A stretch of DNA of 64,000 bases from Gammaproteobacteria bacterium. Lineage in GTDB: Bacteria > Pseudomonadota > Gammaproteobacteria > Ga0077536. The notes below the pieces were generated by a model. That model searched no databases, was not told the origin of the DNA, and saw nothing but the letters and a program-made list of their open reading frames with translations. Of this stretch, positions 10,167-19,240 are shown piece by piece. Numbering within the stretch: the stretch's first letter is position 1; each line of letters begins with the position of its first letter. The translations under genes and the position numbers were made by a program. Where the stretch lies: contig JBHIYN010000001.1 in assembly GCA_041984235.1 (NCBI GenBank), positions 164,985 through 228,984 of the forward strand, given 5' to 3'.

Positions 10167-10808
10167 ATGGGCATACGTCCGTCGTTTCGTTTCTGGATCG
10201 CCGCGCTGGTCGGCGCCGTGCTGCTGGGGGGCTCGGCATCGTCGGGTGCTCGCGACCGCGGCGCCGGCCGCGACAACGCCGAGCAGGAGGTCGCGGAGCT
10301 GATCCATTGCTACGCACGCGGCACCGATGCCATCGGCGACGCCACCACGCAGTTCGACCCGCTCGCCGCAGGACTGGCCATATACCGTGACTGTTTCGTC
10401 GAGGAGGCCGTGTTCCGCGCCTGGTTCCCGCAACAGCCGTTCGATGCGCAGGCCTTTCCCGACTTCGAGGCGACGCCGCCGACTTCGACGGTCAACGGCG
10501 TGCAGGGCTGGGCGGAGTTCGTGGACGGCGTCTTTCGCGGCAACGGCTACGATTTCACGCAGCACGTGATCTCCAACGTCGACGTCGACGTGCGCGGCCG
10601 GCGCGCCACGCTGACTGCCTACCTCACGGCGTCACACGTGATCTCGGGCGAGGGCGTCGGCGGCCCCTCACGCTGCGTGGCGGTGGCCAACGGCACCTAT
10701 TCCGTCGCGGCCGAGAAGCTCGGCGGGCGCTGGCGCGCGACCAGCCTGGACCTCACCCTGATTACCTTCAACCCGGTGTTCGAGAGCGGCACGGGCTGTA
10801 CGCCGTGA
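10167..10808 (+). CDS. secreted SnoaL/NTF2-like fold protein
   Basis: A strong SD (aaagagggga) sits 6 nt before the ATG. The protein has a signal peptide ('MGIRPSFRFWIAALVGAVLLGGSASSGA') and is consistent with an NTF2-like fold. The rest of track ORF 8979..10808 is an antisense artefact. Confidence 0.65.
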   Translation: MGIRPSFRFWIAALVGAVLLGGSASSGARDRGAGRDNAEQEVAELIHCYARGTDAIGDATTQFDPLAAGLAIYRDCFVEEAVFRAWFPQQPFDAQAFPDFEATPPTSTVNGVQGWAEFVDGVFRGNGYDFTQHVISNVDVDVRGRRATLTAYLTASHVISGEGVGGPSRCVAVANGTYSVAAEKLGGRWRATSLDLTLITFNPVFESGTGCTP

Positions 10809-10881
10809 CGAGCGCCCCGCGTTGTCGTCGTCGGCGGCAGCGCGGGGCGCCCTCCGGCCGCCGCACGCGGCCGCGCGGCGC

Positions 10882-12018
10882 TCACAGCGAGCGCGCGATG
10901 ATCTCCTTCATGATCTCGCTGGAGCCTCCGGCGATGCGCGACACGCGCTGTCCGGCCCAGGCACGTGCGATCGGAAATTCCCACATGTAGCCATAGCCGC
11001 CGAACAGCTGCAGGCAGTCGTCGAGCACCTCGCACATGGTTTCGGTAGCATGCAACTTGGCCATGGCGGCATCGTCGGCGTCCAGCGCCCCTTCCATGTG
11101 CAGGGCGAGCAGGCGGTCGATGAAGGCACGCGTGACCGCGGCGCGGGTTTTCACCTCGGCCAGCTTGAAGCGCGTGTTCTGCAGCGCGAACAGCGGCTTG
11201 CCGAACGCCTCGCGTTCACGCGTGTAGCTCACGGTGGCCTCCAGTGCGGCTTCTATCGTCGCCGCGGCGCGCAGCGCGACCAGCAGGCGTTCCTGCGCCA
11301 GCTCGCGCATCAGGTAGCTGAAGCCGCGGTTCTCCTCGCCGAGCAGGCGCTCCACCGGCACGTGCACGTCGTTGAAGAAGAGCTCCGAGGTGTCCTGCGC
11401 CTTCCAGCCGATCTTCTCCAGGTTGCGCCCGCGCTCGAAGCCCGCGTCGCCACGGCGCAGCAGCAACAGGCTGATGCCCCTGGCACCGGCCTGCGGATCG
11501 GTCTTGCACGCGGTGATGACGACGTCGGCCAACTGGCCGTTGGAGATGAAGGTCTTCTGGCCGTTGACGCGGTAAGCGTCACCCTCGCGCCGCGCGCTGG
11601 TGCGGATCGCAGCGAGATCGCTGCCCGCGCCCGGTTCGGTCATGGCGATCGCGCCGATGATTTCACCGCTGCACATGCCCGGCAGCAGCTCGCGCTTCTG
11701 CGCCTCGCTGCCGAAGTGCAGGATGTAGGGCGCGACGATCCCGGAATGCAGGTGGAACGCCGGGCCGCTGGCCTCGACCCGCGCCAGCTCCTCGGTCACG
11801 ATCGCGGTGTGCAGGAAGTCGCCGCCCGGACCGCCGTAGTCCTCGGGCACGAAGCAGCACAGCAGGCCGTTCTCGCCGGCCGCGCGCCAGACCTCGCGGC
11901 TGACCATGCCGTCGCGCTCCCACTGCGCGTGGTGCGGCACCACCTCGCGTTCGATGAAGCGGCGTACGCTGTCGCGGAACATCTCGTGGTCGGGCGAGTA
12001 GACGGTGCGCGGGATCAT
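10882..12018 (-). CDS. acyl-CoA dehydrogenase
   Basis: ACAD motifs are present: 'GAIAMTEPGAGSDLAAI' and 'GGYGYMWEFPIARAWAGQRVSRIAGGSSEIM'. The start is taken at 'MIPRTVYSPDHEMF'. Confidence 0.85.
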   Translation of the reverse strand: MIPRTVYSPDHEMFRDSVRRFIEREVVPHHAQWERDGMVSREVWRAAGENGLLCCFVPEDYGGPGGDFLHTAIVTEELARVEASGPAFHLHSGIVAPYILHFGSEAQKRELLPGMCSGEIIGAIAMTEPGAGSDLAAIRTSARREGDAYRVNGQKTFISNGQLADVVITACKTDPQAGARGISLLLLRRGDAGFERGRNLEKIGWKAQDTSELFFNDVHVPVERLLGEENRGFSYLMRELAQERLLVALRAAATIEAALEATVSYTREREAFGKPLFALQNTRFKLAEVKTRAAVTRAFIDRLLALHMEGALDADDAAMAKLHATETMCEVLDDCLQLFGGYGYMWEFPIARAWAGQRVSRIAGGSSEIMKEIIARSL

Positions 12019-12650
12019 GCTGGCTTGTCCTCGTTCAGGTAGCGGGCGCGGAACTCCGCGGTGGCGTTGCCACGCGGAAAATCGATGGCGGGCAGCGGCC
12101 GGTCGAGAAAGTCGCACAGCGGCTGCCAGCCCTGGCGCACGTCGAACTCGAGCAGGCGGTCGGCGGGCACGCCGGCGTGCACCGCGCGGCGGTGGCGTTC
12201 GAAGAGATCGCGCATGAAAGACGCTTCATCGGCGCGGCCCTCGAACAGGCCGCCGACCAGGTCGCGCGCGACCAGGCGCCGGCGCCGCGCGGTATCCGGG
12301 TCGTCCCGCGGGATGTGGCGCACGACGGTGAGTATGGTGGCCTCGAGGCTGGCGTACCAGGCGCCGGGGTCGCGCACGGTCAGCACCACCTTAGCCGCGG
12401 GGTAGCGCTCGACCAGGGTGCGCCAGTGGTACATGGCCGGGAAGTCCACCGCCGCCCGGTAGCCCTCGAAGATGGTGTCGAAATCGGCCCCGGGATCGCC
12501 CGCGGCCGCTTCCCAGAACGCGGTGTCCTGCGGCCGCTCGACGACCTCGTTCATGTGGTAGCAGCGCCGGTAACCGAGATGCTCCAGCGCGTACTTCAGC
12601 GATTCGGTGCCGGTGCGCGGCAGCCCCGCACCGATGACCTCCAGCGCCAT
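12015..12650 (-). CDS. sulfotransferase family protein
   Basis: The N-terminal PAPS-binding P-loop 'GLPRTGTESLKYAL' is present. The stop overlaps the ACAD start by 4 nt (ATGA coupling). Confidence 0.65.
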   Translation of the reverse strand: MALEVIGAGLPRTGTESLKYALEHLGYRRCYHMNEVVERPQDTAFWEAAAGDPGADFDTIFEGYRAAVDFPAMYHWRTLVERYPAAKVVLTVRDPGAWYASLEATILTVVRHIPRDDPDTARRRRLVARDLVGGLFEGRADEASFMRDLFERHRRAVHAGVPADRLLEFDVRQGWQPLCDFLDRPLPAIDFPRGNATAEFRARYLNEDKPA

Positions 12651-12790
12651 GGGTTTTTCCCGTGTTTGTTTGCGCCGCAGGCTAGCCGGGTTTGCGCCCG
12701 TGGCACAAGCTGCGCCGGTGCCGCGTCCCGGGCCTGTTGCCGCATCGCGGGTGACGGTATGCTCTGCGCCTCTGCGACAGGAGGACGGCG

Positions 12791-13660
12791 ATGAAATTCG
12801 GACAGTACGGCGTGTTCACATTCACCGATGTACTCGATGCGGGGCAGCTCGCGGAGTGCGTGAAGCGGGTCGAAGCCCTGGGCTATTCCACCTTGTGGTA
12901 CCCCGAGGCGTTCCACTACGAAACCTTCGCGGTCGGTGCCTACATGCTCGCACACAGCTCCAAGCTGGTCGTCGCCAGCGGCATCGCCAACATCTACGCA
13001 CGCGATCCGGCCGCTTCGGCCATGGGTCACAACTCGCTCAACGAGCTCTACGACGGCCGCTTCGTGCTCGGGCTCGGCGTGTCGCATGCGCCGCTGGTTT
13101 CCGACGTGCGCGGACACGAGTACAAGCGTCCGCTGGCCACCATGCGCAAGTACCTCGACGACATGGACGGCGCCTGGGAAGCGCTGGGCGGGGCGCCGGC
13201 TGCGAAGCAGATCGCGCTGGCCGCGCTGGGCCCGAAGATGTCGGCCCTCTCGGCCGAGCGCACCCTGGGCGCCTTCCCCTACAACATCACCCCTGACCAG
13301 GTTGCGATGTCGCGCGACGCCATGGGCGCGGAGGGAGCGATCGTCTGCGAGCAGAAGGTCTGTCTGTGCAGCGATGCGAAGCAGGCCCGCGAGGTCGCGC
13401 GCGCGGCGCTCGCCCCGTACATGAACCTGCCGAACTACTACAAGAACTGGTTCCGACTCGGCTTCGAGCAAAGCGACCTCGAAAACGGCGGCAGTGATCG
13501 CCTGATGGACGCGATGGTGCTGTGGGGTGACGCCGCGACGATCAAGGCCGGGCTGGAGCGCTATCTCGCCGCGGGCGCCGACCAGGTCGTGATCCAGCCG
13601 CTGCGGGCGGACGGACAGCCGGGGCCGGACTACGCCGCCCTCGAAGCCCTCGCCCCCTGA
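12791..13660 (+). CDS. LLM-class (luciferase-like) flavin/F420-dependent oxidoreductase
   Basis: 'MKFGQYGVFTF...STLWYPEAFHYETF' is typical of LLM F420-dependent oxidoreductases. The ATG is preceded by 'caggaggacggcg'. Confidence 0.75.
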   Translation: MKFGQYGVFTFTDVLDAGQLAECVKRVEALGYSTLWYPEAFHYETFAVGAYMLAHSSKLVVASGIANIYARDPAASAMGHNSLNELYDGRFVLGLGVSHAPLVSDVRGHEYKRPLATMRKYLDDMDGAWEALGGAPAAKQIALAALGPKMSALSAERTLGAFPYNITPDQVAMSRDAMGAEGAIVCEQKVCLCSDAKQAREVARAALAPYMNLPNYYKNWFRLGFEQSDLENGGSDRLMDAMVLWGDAATIKAGLERYLAAGADQVVIQPLRADGQPGPDYAALEALAP

Positions 13661-13662
13661 CA

Positions 13663-13940
13663 GACCGGCGTGAAGCTACTGCGCTCGCCGGCTGGCGTCC
13701 TGGCGGTGCTCGCCCTCCTCACATAGGACCGACTATGCTGCGGGGGCTGCGCTCCGGCAGGACGCCACCCGGCTTCGCTCGCTACGCTTCACGCCGGCCT
13801 GTCCCGGCCCGAAAAGGCCTGCGCTTGCCGGCTGGCGGCCTGGCGGTGCTCGCCCTCCTCACATAGGAGCGACTATGCTGCGGGGGCTGCGCTCCGGCAG
13901 GACGCCACCCGGCTTCGCTCGCTATGCTTCACGCCGGCCG
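13663..13940. repeat. tandem direct repeat: two copies of a 119-bp unit, 140-bp period
   Basis: Unit 1 is 13681..13799 and unit 2 is 13821..13939, differing at 4 positions. A 12-nt sequence 'ccggcgtgaagc' at 13666..13677 is the exact reverse complement of the unit end 'gcttcacgccgg', which is present in both copies. Each unit carries an AGGAG/AGGAC motif followed by ATG. Confidence 0.85.
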
Positions 13941-13947
13941 GTTTGGC

Positions 13948-14415
13948 CTACCGGTAGCGCGCCGCGGTGATGAACTGTGCGAAGGATTCGCACCACACCA
14001 CCACCGTCGTCCACTGGCCGACGTCGAGGCCCGGCGGAACCGCGACGACGAAGTTCTCGAAGGTCTGCACCGGGCCGACGCGGATCGAGCGGGCCTTGAG
14101 CCGTTCGAATGCCGCACCGTCGTCGACCCACTCGGGGGCGAGGTAGAGCTGGTAGTCGGGGCCGGGGGCGAGCCGGCCCAGCAGGGCGACGCGGTCGTTG
14201 GCGACGAACACCTCGCCTTCGCCCCAATGCAGGAGGTCGCTGCCGGGCAGCCCTCGTTCGAAGCGGCCGCTGAAGCGTGCCTGGTCGCCGAGTGCCTGCA
14301 CCAGGTCGACGGGCGGCGCCGGCGGCGCGGTCAGGATTGGCAGGGCGTAGATGCCGAGCGCGAAGCCCGCGGCGAGCGCGAGCGCGTGGCTGGCGGCGAG
14401 CAGGAGGTAACGCAT
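13948..14415 (-). CDS. DM13-domain protein, secreted (putative electron-transfer domain)
   Basis: It has a signal peptide and DM13-like C-terminal motifs 'GPDYQLYLAPEW' and 'WTTVVVWCESFAQF'. It lies immediately downstream of copA on the same strand. Confidence 0.65.
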   Translation of the reverse strand: MRYLLLAASHALALAAGFALGIYALPILTAPPAPPVDLVQALGDQARFSGRFERGLPGSDLLHWGEGEVFVANDRVALLGRLAPGPDYQLYLAPEWVDDGAAFERLKARSIRVGPVQTFENFVVAVPPGLDVGQWTTVVVWCESFAQFITAARYR

Positions 14416-14464
14416 GACGCGAAGATAGCGCCCGTCGCGGCGCCGGACAATGCGGGCACGGCGT

Positions 14465-16903
14465 CTACAGCGTCAACCGGCGCAGTCGCAGTGCGTTGCC
14501 GATTACCGAGACCGAGCTCAGGCTCATGGCCGCGGCCGCGATCATCGGGCTCAGCACGATGCCGAAGAAGGGGTAGAGCACGCCGGCAGCGACGGGTACC
14601 CCGGCACTGTTGTAAGCGAAGGCGAAGAAGAGGTTCTGGCGGATGTTGGCAATCGTCGCCCGTGACAGGCGCCGCGCGCGCACGATGCCACGCAGGTCGC
14701 CGCGCACCAGGGTCACCGCGGCGCTCTCCATGGCGACATCGGTGCCGGTGCCCATCGCGATGCCGACGTCGGCGCGCGCCAGCGCCGGTGCGTCGTTGAT
14801 GCCGTCGCCGGCCATCGCCACCACCCGGCCTTCCCGCTGCAGCGCGCTGACGCGCTCGGCCTTGTCTTCCGGCAGGACACCGGCGTAGACCTCGTCGATA
14901 CCGAACTCGCGCGCTACCGCCGCGGCCGTGGTCGCATGATCGCCGGTCAGCATGACGATTTGCAGGCCCTCGGCACGCAACGCGGAGACCGCTTCGCGCG
15001 CGCCCTCGCGCAGCGGGTCGGCGACCGCGACCAGTCCCGCGACCTGCCCGTCCTCGGCCACGAACACGACCGTCTCGCCCGCTTCGCGCAGGGCCGCGGC
15101 GCGCGCCTCTAGGGCACCGGCGTCGAGACCGTCCGCGGCCATCAGCGCGGCATTGCCGAGCGCCACCGCGCGCCCTTCGATGCGGCCGCGCACGCCGAGA
15201 CCGGTGGCCGATTCGAACGCTTCGGGTGCGACCGTGGCAATGCCACGCCCGCTGGCGCCGCGCACGATCGCCGCGGCCAGCGGGTGCTCGCTGCCGCGCT
15301 CCAGCGAGGCGGCGATACGCAGCACGTGATCGGCCTCTCCGCCGTTCGCCGCCTCGACCGTGGTCAGGGCCGGCCGCCCCTCGGTCAGGGTGCCGGTCTT
15401 GTCGACCAGCAGGGTGTCGACGCTGCGCAGGACCTCGATCGCCTCGGCATCGCGAAACAGCACGCCGGCCGCCGCGCCCTTGCCGGTCGCGACCATGATC
15501 GACATGGGCGTGGCCAGCCCCAGCGCGCAGGGGCAGGCAATGATGAGTACCGCGACGCTGTTGACCAGTGCATGCGCCATCGCCGGCGGCGGACCGAACA
15601 GCGCCCACACGGCGAACGTCACGATGGCGATGCCGATCACCGTTGGCACGAACCAGCCGGCGACGACGTCGGCGAGACGCTGAATCGGCGCCCGGCTGCG
15701 CTGCGCTTCTGCGACCAGGGTAACGATGCGCGAGAGCAGGGTGTCGGCGCCGACCCGGCGCGCCTCCATGACCAGCCCGCCGCGGCCGTTGACGGTGGCA
15801 CCGGTGACGTCATCGCCGGGCCCTTTCTCGACCGGTACCGCCTCGCCCGTGATCATCGACTCGTCGACCGCACTGGTCCCATCCACGACGACACCGTCGA
15901 CCGGGATCTTCTCGCCCGGCCGCACGCGCAGCCGATCGCCGACCGCCACCGCGTCCAGTGCGACGTCGTGTTCGTCGCCCGCGGCGTCGATGCGGCGCGC
16001 GGTCGCCGGGGCCAGGTCCATCAGCTCGCGAATGGCGGTGCCGGTGTGGGCGCGCGCGCGCAGCTCGAGCACCTGGCCGACCAGGATCAGCGTAACGATG
16101 ACGGCGGCCGATTCGAAGTACACGGGGACGGCGCCATCCGCACCACGGAAGGCGGCCGGGAAGAGCTCCGGCGCCAGGGTGGCCACGGTGCTGTAGCCGA
16201 AAGCCACGCCGACCCCCAGACCGATCAGGGTGAACATGTTCGGGCTGCGATTCACGACCGAGCGCCAGGCACGCTGGTAGAACGGCCAGCCCGCCCACAG
16301 GCACACCGGCACCGCCAGCGCGAGCTCCAGCCAGGGGCGGACACCGTACCCGAGCGCGCTGGAAACCGGGTGTCCCGGCAGCATGTCGAACATCGTCAGC
16401 GCGACCAGCGGCACCGAGAGCAGGGCGGCGAGGACGAGGCGCCGGCTCATGTCGTCGAGCTCGGGATTGGCCTCGTCGACGGTGATCGTGGTCGGCTCCA
16501 GTGCCATGCCGCACAGCGGGCAGTCACCCGCTTCGTCGCGCACGATCTCGGGATGCATGGGGCAGGTCCACTGCGTGCGCCGCGCAGGCTGCGGCAGACC
16601 CTTGACCTCCAGCGCCATGCCGCACCTGGGGCAGTCGCCCGGACCGACCTGCTCGACCTCGGGGTCCATGGGGCAGGTGTAGACGGCGTCGGCCGGGCCG
16701 TCCTGCGCGGCTGCGCGCAGCGCGGGATCGAGGTAGCGTTGCGGGTCGGCCGCGAACTTCTCGCGGCAGCCGTTGCAGCAGAAGTGGTACACGGTGCCGG
16801 CGTGCTCGTGCCGGTGCGTGCTGTCGGTGCTGACCTGCATACCGCAGACCGGATCGCGGAGCTCCTCCGCGCCGGGCTGCAGCGGGCTCGTCGACTGGTT
16901 CAT
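14465..16903 (-). CDS. copA: copper-translocating P1B-type ATPase
   Basis: An N-terminal YHS-type domain ('DPVCGMQV...[12 protein letters not shown]') and two 'TCPM(D/H)PE...GDCP(R/L)CGMALE' metal-binding repeats are present. ATPase hallmarks include the transmembrane CPC motif '[13 protein letters not shown]', 'DKTGTLT' and '[10 protein letters not shown]'. The start is at 'MNQSTSPL' with a GAGGA SD. Confidence 0.9.
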   Translation of the reverse strand: MNQSTSPLQPGAEELRDPVCGMQVSTDSTHRHEHAGTVYHFCCNGCREKFAADPQRYLDPALRAAAQDGPADAVYTCPMDPEVEQVGPGDCPRCGMALEVKGLPQPARRTQWTCPMHPEIVRDEAGDCPLCGMALEPTTITVDEANPELDDMSRRLVLAALLSVPLVALTMFDMLPGHPVSSALGYGVRPWLELALAVPVCLWAGWPFYQRAWRSVVNRSPNMFTLIGLGVGVAFGYSTVATLAPELFPAAFRGADGAVPVYFESAAVIVTLILVGQVLELRARAHTGTAIRELMDLAPATARRIDAAGDEHDVALDAVAVGDRLRVRPGEKIPVDGVVVDGTSAVDESMITGEAVPVEKGPGDDVTGATVNGRGGLVMEARRVGADTLLSRIVTLVAEAQRSRAPIQRLADVVAGWFVPTVIGIAIVTFAVWALFGPPPAMAHALVNSVAVLIIACPCALGLATPMSIMVATGKGAAAGVLFRDAEAIEVLRSVDTLLVDKTGTLTEGRPALTTVEAANGGEADHVLRIAASLERGSEHPLAAAIVRGASGRGIATVAPEAFESATGLGVRGRIEGRAVALGNAALMAADGLDAGALEARAAALREAGETVVFVAEDGQVAGLVAVADPLREGAREAVSALRAEGLQIVMLTGDHATTAAAVAREFGIDEVYAGVLPEDKAERVSALQREGRVVAMAGDGINDAPALARADVGIAMGTGTDVAMESAAVTLVRGDLRGIVRARRLSRATIANIRQNLFFAFAYNSAGVPVAAGVLYPFFGIVLSPMIAAAAMSLSSVSVIGNALRLRRLTL

Positions 16904-16913
16904 GAGTGCGTCC

Positions 16914-17195
16914 TCAGCAGTTGCAGTTCTTGTCGAACACGCGCACGAGCTCGGCAATCTTCTCGGCGCGTTCGCCGGCGTCGCGGCTGTCGAAGGCGTC
17001 GGCCACACAGGTCTCGATGTGCGATGCGAGCAGCAGGCTGCCGGCCTTGCCGAGCGCCGCACGCGCCGCCGCGATCTGCAGCAGGATGTCGACGCAGTAT
17101 CGATCCTCGTCGACCATGCGCTGGATGCCGCCGACCTGTCCGGCTACGCGGCGCAGGCGGGTTTCGATCTGGCGTTTCACGTCGTTGCTGCGCAT
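16914..17195 (-). CDS. csoR: CsoR/RcnR-family metal-sensing transcriptional repressor
   Basis: A 93-aa protein with the DUF156 fold pattern, a conserved 'YCVD' motif and a C-terminal CNC. It is immediately upstream of copA on the same strand. Confidence 0.8.
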   Translation of the reverse strand: MRSNDVKRQIETRLRRVAGQVGGIQRMVDEDRYCVDILLQIAAARAALGKAGSLLLASHIETCVADAFDSRDAGERAEKIAELVRVFDKNCNC

Positions 17196-17215
17196 CGTTC
17201 TCGCTCCCTGTTCTG

Positions 17216-17232
17216 ATACCCCATGGGGGTAT
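17216..17232. promoter_or_regulatory. candidate CsoR operator: inverted repeat ATACCCC-ATG-GGGGTAT
   Basis: A 7-3-7 perfect inverted repeat lies 21 nt upstream of the csoR start codon in the csoR/ribA-paralog divergent region. It matches the GC-rich palindrome style of known CsoR operators. Confidence 0.6.
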
Positions 17233-17378
17233 TATAGCCGAAGCCTGAGGGCCCCTGGCTACACTCGGCGCACGCGATCGCCGACAATGCGGCCTGCATG
17301 TCACCACTGGGCCGTCGGCGTTGCCGGCGCGTACCCGATTCGTCACCCGCCGCAACGCCATCAGCAGGAAATTTCACC

Positions 17379-18173
17379 GTGTTCAGCTACGTCGACGTCT
17401 CCATCCGTGAAAAGCTCGAGGCCGGCGGCCTGCTCGTGACCCTGAACCGGTCCGCCGAGGTCGTTGCCGGCGACGATCGCGAGGCGTTCATCTCGGTGCT
17501 GGGGCCGGTGCCGATCCCGCGCCTGATCGGTGACACCGAGGTCATGCTCGAGTGGTACCCGTTCGTGCGCAGGACCGAGCTCTCGGCCGTGCTGGACGCC
17601 GCCCGCCAGGTCGACGACGGGCACTCCGAGGCTTTCCGGCAGCTCCTGCACAGCTCGATGTCGGTCAACTCGGTCTTCGCCCTGCCCGGTTTCCGGGCTG
17701 CCGACCGGCCCCTGGTGCGCCTGCATTCGTGCTGCCTGACGGGCGACGTCTTCGGCTCGCGGCGCTGCGATTGCGGGCCGCAGCTCGAGGCTGCGTTCGA
17801 GCAGATCTTCGACGTCGGTGCCGGTGCGGTGGTCTACATGAGCGGCCACGAGGGGCGCGGCATCGGCCTGTGGGCGAAAGCGGTGACCTACCTGCTGCAG
17901 GATGCCGGCCACAACACTTACGAAGCGAACACCGCGCTCGGCCTGCCCGAGGACTCGCGCGACTTCAGCGATGCCGCGGTGGTGCTGCGCTACCTGCTCG
18001 CCGGCCGGGGCCTGCGCCTGCTGTCGAACAACCCGGACAAGCGCGCCCAGCTCGAAGCCCACGGCCAGCCGGTGCTGGAGGCGGTGTCACTGGTGGCCGG
18101 CCTGTGTGAGCACAACCTGCGCTACATCCGCGCCAAGCGCAGCAAGGGCCACCTGATCTCCGACGACGTCTGA
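17379..18173 (+). CDS. ribA: GTP cyclohydrolase II (RibA-like paralog)
   Basis: The zinc-binding motif 'CLTGDVFGSRRCDCGPQLE' and 'GHEGRGIGLWAKAVTYLLQDAGHNTYEAN' are present. A GTG start with an AGGAA SD is chosen; track ORF 17298..18173 is an alternative. It is divergent from csoR. Confidence 0.7.
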   Translation: MFSYVDVSIREKLEAGGLLVTLNRSAEVVAGDDREAFISVLGPVPIPRLIGDTEVMLEWYPFVRRTELSAVLDAARQVDDGHSEAFRQLLHSSMSVNSVFALPGFRAADRPLVRLHSCCLTGDVFGSRRCDCGPQLEAAFEQIFDVGAGAVVYMSGHEGRGIGLWAKAVTYLLQDAGHNTYEANTALGLPEDSRDFSDAAVVLRYLLAGRGLRLLSNNPDKRAQLEAHGQPVLEAVSLVAGLCEHNLRYIRAKRSKGHLISDDV

Positions 18174-18293
18174 AGCCCGGCAAAGGGCGCCTGCGGTTCA
18201 GCAGGCGTTCACCTCGCCGGTCGTAGCCTGCGTGTCACGGCCGGCGCCCTGTCGGCGCCCGGCCGGTGAAGTCAAATCGCAAAGGAGACGACC

Positions 18294-18752
18294 ATGACTC
18301 GCAAGCTGGGTAAATCGCTGACGATCGCCGGGGCCGGCTTGTGCCTCGGCCTGTTCGCCGGTGTCGCCGGCGCGCACGAGACCGGGCACCGCGACTGCGA
18401 AAAGCAGGTGCACGAGCATCACCACACCCACTACTACGCGCCGCCGCCCGCGCCGGTAGCCTACGCGCCGGCGCCGCAGGCGCCTGCCTACGGCGGCGGC
18501 TACGCCCCCGGCTATGGCTACGCGCCCGCTCCGGCGCCGGCCTACGGCTACGGTCCGCGCCACGCCCCGGCACCGCGCTACGCGGCGGCCAGCTACAGCC
18601 CGTCACCCAATTTCGGCAATGCCGTGGGTGGTGCGCTGGGCGGCTTTGTCGGCTCCAAGATCGGCAAGGGCTCGGGCAACAGCGCGGCGACTGCCGCAGG
18701 TGCGGTGCTGGGCTACATGCTGGGCGGCCACGTCGGCACCAACTGGCGCTGA
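18294..18752 (+). CDS. secreted His-rich / Pro-Ala-Tyr-repeat protein with C-terminal glycine-zipper domain
   Basis: A strong SD 'aaaggagacgacc' precedes the ATG. The protein has a signal peptide, a His cluster 'HETGHRDCEKQVHEHHHTHYY', low-complexity 'YAPAPAPAYGYG' repeats, and a glycine-zipper (GxxxG run) C-terminus 'GGALGGFVGSKIGKGSGNSAATAAGAVLGYMLGG'. Confidence 0.7.
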   Translation: MTRKLGKSLTIAGAGLCLGLFAGVAGAHETGHRDCEKQVHEHHHTHYYAPPPAPVAYAPAPQAPAYGGGYAPGYGYAPAPAPAYGYGPRHAPAPRYAAASYSPSPNFGNAVGGALGGFVGSKIGKGSGNSAATAAGAVLGYMLGGHVGTNWR

Positions 18753-18780
18753 GCGCCGGCGGTCTCGCCCGGGGCGGTCA

Positions 18781-18804
18781 CGGGGCGGGCTCAGTCCCGC
18801 CCCG
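18781..18804. terminator. GC-rich hairpin in a convergent intergenic gap (bidirectional terminator candidate)
   Basis: 'cggggcggg-ctcagt-cccgccccg' forms a stem of 8 to 9 bp between the glycine-zipper gene end (18752) and the ABM gene end (18814). There is no T-tract, as is usual in high-GC genomes. Confidence 0.45.
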
Positions 18805-18813
18805 TGGCGGCGC

Positions 18814-19107
18814 TCAGCCGTCGAACTTGTCGTAGTAGAGGATTGTCGGCGGCGCGGTCAGCATGCTGCCGAGCGCCTCCATGACGCCGGTCTCGGTGCG
18901 CCACTGGATGTACTTTTCCTGGTGCTGGCGCGAATCCCAGATCTCGTAGAACAGCACGTGACCGGGCTTGTCCTGGTCGATCCAGATATCGAACAGCTGA
19001 CAGCCGTCGTAGGCGCGCGTGTCGGGCGCAGCACCCTTGACCGCAGCCAGGAAGTCGTCGAATTTCGCCGGGTCGACCTGCAGGTCGAGCGTGACGCATA
19101 CCGCCAT
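18814..19107 (-). CDS. antibiotic-biosynthesis-monooxygenase (ABM) domain protein / putative quinol monooxygenase
   Basis: A 97-aa protein from 'MAVCVTLDLQVDPAKFDDFLAAVK' consistent with the ferredoxin-like ABM fold. A GAGGGG SD precedes the start. Confidence 0.6.
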   Translation of the reverse strand: MAVCVTLDLQVDPAKFDDFLAAVKGAAPDTRAYDGCQLFDIWIDQDKPGHVLFYEIWDSRQHQEKYIQWRTETGVMEALGSMLTAPPTILYYDKFDG

Positions 19108-19240
19108 GGGAGTTCCCCTCGATTTGGTTGGATGATCGGATTGAGCGGGGCAAGATGACACACTTCGCGGGACGCGAACAGGGTGCGCAGCGGTGCGCGC
19201 CGCGCCGGCGCAAGGCCGTGGCGGGGCGGCGGGGTACCGC

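Noticed and set aside
13663-13940. Whether the tandem repeat is a CRISPR array.
   Set aside because: There are only two copies, and the unit is 119 bp (far longer than CRISPR repeats). Both the repeat units and the short spacer are unsuited, and no cas genes are present.
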